A DNA stretch of 64,000 nt from assembly GCF_009914755.1 (NCBI RefSeq), contig NC_060934.1; one strand, 5' to 3'. Under the pieces are notes generated by a model. The model saw only the letters and a list, made by a program, of their open reading frames with translations, made no database searches and was not told where the DNA came from. Positions within the stretch are counted from its first letter, which is position 1; each line of letters begins with the position of its first letter. Positions 58,625 through 64,000 of the stretch are shown here, piece by piece. The DNA comes from the human T2T-CHM13v2.0 reference genome, Homo sapiens. The translations under genes and the position numbers were made by a program.

Positions 58625-58830
58625 ATTCTAGATACATATTCACATAATAATATGAACAGATTATTCAGCTCAAATTCTGCCATAATGGCTTTATGATAAA
58701 TAAACTTATTTACAATAAATTATGATTTATTTACAGTAAGTAAATCTATTATTGTAAATATATTCTAGATCGATATTCATATAGTAATAAGAATAGATTA
58801 TTCATCCCATATTCTGCCATAATGGCTTTA
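58625..58830. repeat. Diverged 69-bp direct repeat flanking an AT-rich spacer
   Basis: ATTCTAGAT..ATATTCA.ATA.TAATA.GAA.AGATTATTCA...CA.ATTCTGCCATAATGGCTTTA at 58625-58693 and 58762-58830. Confidence 0.85.
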
Positions 58831-59307
58831 ATCATCTTTGCAATTGAGGTCATATAACCATCTGAATTTTCCAAAACTGCTGCTGGTCATGCTAATGGGG
58901 ACCACTAAATATGCTGGTTTATCACCTTAGCTAGGCCTTTTAGGGTCCCAGATGCATGAGTTTCTCATTTCCTGGCACCAATTTTCTCCAACAATTCTCA
59001 AATTCTCCCATTTCTCCCTGGCATGTTCTTTACTTTGCTGGTATTTTTGTGTCCTTTGAATAGAATAAAGCCATTTTGTGATAAATTCCTTTAATTTTCT
59101 CATTTTCACCTCCAAATGGGCCTTCACCTGTCTCCAAACTCTTTTTCTCACCATTTATCTCAGGAAAAAAAAATCTCCATCTTCCCAAGCATGAATATAT
59201 ATTTTTAGAACATTTGCTTTCTCAACTTCTTTCAGCCATTGCTCCATAAAAGTCTTCTGCAGCTCATGTCTTCAATACCTCTTCTTCCAGTCATTCTTTG
59301 CTCTGTC

Positions 59308-59560
59308 TTTTATATATATATTCCATAATATGTATATATATTATAAAATGTATTATTATATATTATATTATTATATATTGTTAATATTATTATATTATAT
59401 ATTAGTAACTTATATATTAACATGCAGTCCATATATAGAATTCCATATTTATCATTATATATAATTATATATATACTGGAATATATATTTATATATATTT
59501 CTTATATATATTATTCCATATGTATATAATGGAATAATACATAATTATATGTATTTTACT
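59308..59560. repeat. AT-rich low-complexity (TA/TATAT)n tract
   Basis: Read directly. Confidence 0.85.
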
Positions 59561-62264
59561 AATTTTGAGCTCCTCAAGAGCCAGAGAAGCTTGAGAGCTT
59601 GTATTTCATCTCCAAATTCTAACATAGGGCCTAGGAAATGTAGCCTAAGAAATTACTGTTTTTCAAAATAACATACTAACAATGAAAACTGATTGTGTGA
59701 ACAACAACCTAACATTCACTAAAGTATAAAGGTTCATCTTTCCCAGTGTGTTATAGAACAGACTTTCCTGTCAAGGACGATTTAAAAACAAAACAAAACA
59801 CTAAGACCTTTGGTATTAAACCTTGAACTTTGTCATTTTGTGTAATAAAAGTACCTCTCCCAAGCCCCATTCTCTCCTCCAAAATCCAGAGTCTTAAGGC
59901 ATAGCTTCTACAGCACGACTTCATTATTGATTCAGGCAGATGCTTTTAGAAAATCATAAATTAAATCAGTACTCCTCAGACTGGGGTATACAGATATCCA
60001 CAGCAATGTCTTAGGGATTATGCAATACCGTGAAATAAATCTGATGTAATTCATTGGGTTTATTTGAAGATTTGGCAAGAAAGGTTAAGTAATTTATTAT
60101 GTGACATTTGAAGTAAACTCAAATCTACTATAGAGGGGAATGTCAAAGAGAAAACAGAAAGCTTTAAAGAAATGTGATCCTTTAGCACTATTACTAATAT
60201 CCTCTTCCCTGTGGTTTGTGGCACTATGGTGGAAAATTTTGAGAGGTGCCTAATACATAATTTAGGCATTGAACACCTATGTCATATAATAGCCAATATG
60301 CGTAATATATTGGTGAATGTGAAAGTTATAACCAATGCAAGATCTAAATAATACAAGAGTCTGTTGTTAAGTGTAGAAAATGGTAAAGAAAAGTGTGAAA
60401 CCAATTTTAATAAGATATCCATCACAAAAGATATCTATGTATAAATCCTGAAAGATATACAAAATATAATATCTGTCTCTGAAAAATAGAAAGATGAATT
60501 ATTTTTCTTTTCTTCATGGTATTTTTCTTCCATATTTTTAAATGTCTTCTTAAAACTGTGTTGTTTGTAATTGGGAAAAAATAATGATGTTACTTTATCA
60601 AGTAAAAGTATAAAGTCATGATACATATAATTATTAGAACCACATATTTTGGGTTAATTGTTGTTTTAATCTTGCCCTAAATGAAGTTATTTGTTGGAAT
60701 TATTATAGGGAACTATTGCATAGATGGATTTATTTCTATTACTTTGAGTCTTATGTTTTTCCAATAGTTATTCCTGCTAATAATAACTCATATCTGTGAA
60801 ACTTTGTGAAATGTGAGAACAGATTATAATTAGCTCTTCTTACTTGCCAAAGTTAAGGAACATCAGGCAGAATAAACATTATGAGTGAGCTGTTCTGCTA
60901 GTAGTTCAGGGATCTGATGTTTCACTGTTCTGGAGCAAATGTTTATCCTGTGTAAGAAAGAGTAATCTAGAATTAGTTTTGCCTTAGCAGTTTTTCTTCC
61001 AGTTGCCTTAACTTTCCAAATAGCAGCCAACGAAGTCAGACAGAATTTTTAGATGTTCAAGAAGGAAAAAAAAAATAACAATTATATATATGCCTCAGAG
61101 ACATTTGGTAAAAATTATCTTTGAAGTGTTAGTACTTAGCAAGGAAAACTTCATTTCCCAGAAATGCTGGATAAAGGAAGCATTCTTTTTCACGTAAAAT
61201 TTAAAATAGGTCAAATTTTGAGACATTCCTCTTTAAAGTTTTTATTTTGTAGGCTAAAAATCTACAGAATATGTTGCAGTTTTCCAGTGAAATATAGTTG
61301 TTAAAAAATGCAAGAATTCTGATAGTACAGGACCTACCACAATGAATGTTTACTGAATAAAGCAAGAAACAGAAATTAAATAGATTTTTTTCAGTATTCA
61401 TTTATGTGTTCATACTTCAGCCCTTAGGAAATGTGAAAAAGTCTATACCATTAAAACTACTAGCTTTGTTTGTCTTTCCTTAGTTAACTCAGATGAGACA
61501 CAAATGAACCAAGGCGCCTGAATTAACAGATAATTTTCTTAAGATCTTATAACAAAACATCCAGATTTGTATGTTGACCCTGCCAGCTTTCTGCTCAGGT
61601 CCAGATTAACATCCTACGATGAAAAATGGCAAACTCTCAACTTCATTTCAACCTCGTATTAGGTGTTTTGTTGTCGTTTTTACCACCACCACAAACTCCC
61701 ATAATCAGAAGGAATATAGAACAACATTTGTCACCCCAAGTTACCTGCAGTTTTCTTTCCATGTAGAAGATTCCACTAAAAACAGCAGTCCTATCCCCCA
61801 CCAACCTTTACCTTCCGCATTATTACTTCTCTGTCCTACCTTAATTCCTTTAGGTTTCCCAGGGCAACATTTTGTAAATGAGACAAACTTGATGAAATAG
61901 AGCGTCTCCAGAAATTCTGAGTCAGCAGAAGAGTGTGTTTATTTGTATTGCATCTGTTTTCCTTAGCCATGTGAGTTTCCAAGAGAGAAATGTGTTTTCT
62001 GTTTTACTTCTATCATTTGAAACAAGGAGGATCTCATCTGTCTCCATGAGGAAGAAACATTTGACAGCACTGTTAGGACATTGATACTTTTAAAACTATA
62101 TGCGAGGTTGTAAAATATTTGAAACAACAACGGCTTGAAAATACTGTGCATTTCTACACAGTTTTGTCAGGAGTTTAATAAGGTGGCAAATACCAATAGA
62201 CAAAACCCTATGGAGATTGCACCATAGCTAGGAAGTGGATTATTTCCATAGAGAAGTTGGCTGG

Positions 62265-62709
62265 TATACTGGGTAGAATAGTATCTCCTCAAAAATCCAT
62301 GTCCTTTGCAAGACCTCAGAATGTGATCCCATTTAGAAATAGGGCCTTTGTAGATGTAATTAAGATGTAAATTAACGGCATTTTGAAGTACGGTGGGCCC
62401 TAATCCAATATGACCAATGTCCTTAGAAGAAGAAGAGGAGAAAACACACAGAGAGTACCATGTAATGAAGGGGGCAGAGATTGGAGTAACTCATCTACAA
62501 GCCAGGGAATGCCCAACATGGTCAGCTAAAAAGAAGCTAAGAGAAAGGAGAGGAGCAGCTTCTCCCCAGAGTCTTCAGAGAGAGCAGGGCTCTAGCAATA
62601 CCTTGAATTCAGACTTCTGGCCTCCACAACTATGGAAGCATAAATGTCTGGTGTTTTCAGCCATCCAGCTTGGGATACTTTGTTACTGCGACCTTAGAAA
62701 ACTAATACA
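62265..62709 (+). mobile_element. MaLR LTR (MLT1C-like)
   Basis: ACCTCAGAATGTGA...AAATAGGGCCTTTGTAGATGTAATTAAG...CCCTAATCCAATATGAC...CAGACTTCTGGCCTCCA...GAAAACTAATACA. Confidence 0.87.
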
Positions 62710-64000
62710 ATTGGGAACATTGAACTCTATTTTATAGTCAAGAACTGGGTGCAGATGTTCATTACACACTGCTTCCTGATTTGCTTTCTGTCTCTCTTGT
62801 TTGCTGTCTGGGAAGGGACCCCACTGAGCCATGAGCTCTAGATTCTGTACAGTGGGCAGATGACATGGACCATGGCACGTGTTCCTTCTGGATCCTGCCC
62901 CAGGTCAAGGTGGTTGGAAACTCTCCCTGGCCCTGGAAGCCATTAAGGCTCAGACTCACATCACCATGGCCCTCTCCTAGGAGGGACTCAAGGCTGGCAT
63001 GGCTCTGCATGGCAGGCATGGTGGATCAGGGCACCTACCCAGCTCAGCCAGCCTCTGGTGCCCCTTCCTCTGAGCCAGGTGGTGGCAGCAGCCCTGGGCA
63101 GAAGAGACAGCAAGGAAGTGGTCTCATGGAAGCCCAGTGGAGCAGAGACATGAGGAAATAAATCACATTTCATCCAACTTTAGGCAGGAAAAGCAGGGAT
63201 TCGCCGCCTCCCTCATTTTCTTTCTCTTCCCAGAACAATCATTAAACTTTTCCCATGCTCAGCCACCCCTTTCCCCCTAAAAAAGAAAAAATTTTCCTTA
63301 CGCTTACTACTCATTGGACCTGATTTTTCTCATTCATGAAATGATTATTGTCAGGATTTAGGAATATGCCTTTCCTAAGAGTTGCATTAACCACTTCACG
63401 CAAATGAGGAATCATTTTGAGAAACCTAAGAATAATTCTTAAGTGACCTAATATGTCACTTAATATTCTCCATTGAAACATGCTGCATCTGAAACTCCCT
63501 TAAATAAATACAATAAATAATGAGGTGCTACAACATGTTCAAACCCTGAGAAAACTCCAGTTTGGGAGATTAACATTATGGGCACTTATTCCCCACCCAC
63601 CCTGACTAGGTTTTGTTGTTATTGAATTGAAAGAAAATAGACCTTCGGAGAGTGAATGCATATTGTAAAGAAAAGAAATGTCATCATAGGGCATCCTTTT
63701 TGTCTTGACTTGATAAATATAAGTTATTGGCAAATAGCAAGGTGCCAAACAAAATAAAGAATAAAATTCTTAAGAAAGTCAAGGGGAATAGTACAAATTC
63801 TGCTTCACTGCTGAAAAATAATAGCTCTCACTTCGTTAATGAATAGAGACTCCCATTCTTCTCTGGTATCTCTAGGCTTGAATAGCAAGTCCAAGTAACT
63901 ATTTTCAGATGTAATCTCTTAAGCATAAATTATTTAAAGGCAGAGATCTTTGTCAGTTGTGTTCAATGGTGTATTCTATATGCCTGGATGAGTTCCTGTT

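Overview
This is AT-rich human/primate genomic DNA, almost all intronic and dense in transposon fossils. Only two protein-coding exons are supportable, at 20862-21019 and 57191-57392 on the + strand. They are separated by a ~36.2-kb GT-AG intron and splice in frame into the C-terminal part of a MAM domain; I recognise the peptide from memory as most likely MALRD1 (DIET1). The first ~8 kb is a degraded minus-strand class I ERV: MER57-like LTR, a perfect 18-nt tRNA-Leu primer-binding site, and integrase and env remnants. It was later invaded by an HML-2 LTR5, an MST LTR and AluY copies. The rest contains Alus, old and primate L1s, MaLR LTRs, Tigger1, MER1B, MIR/L2 and microsatellites. Nearly all entries in the supplied ORF track are spurious. 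I see no evidence of a new gene system. The most unusual observations are local templated-copy rearrangements: (i) ~250 bp of one Alu's flank captured inside another Alu 3.8 kb away; (ii) an inverted ~210-bp copy inserted into an MLT1A LTR; (iii) a near-identical partial duplication of an old AluJ arm. Also notable are a TSD-bounded L1 with an apparent 5' inversion plus 3' transduction, and a (TG)23(CG)9 Z-DNA tract. Repeat subfamily names come from remembered consensus sequences and identities are by-eye estimates; no searches were run.
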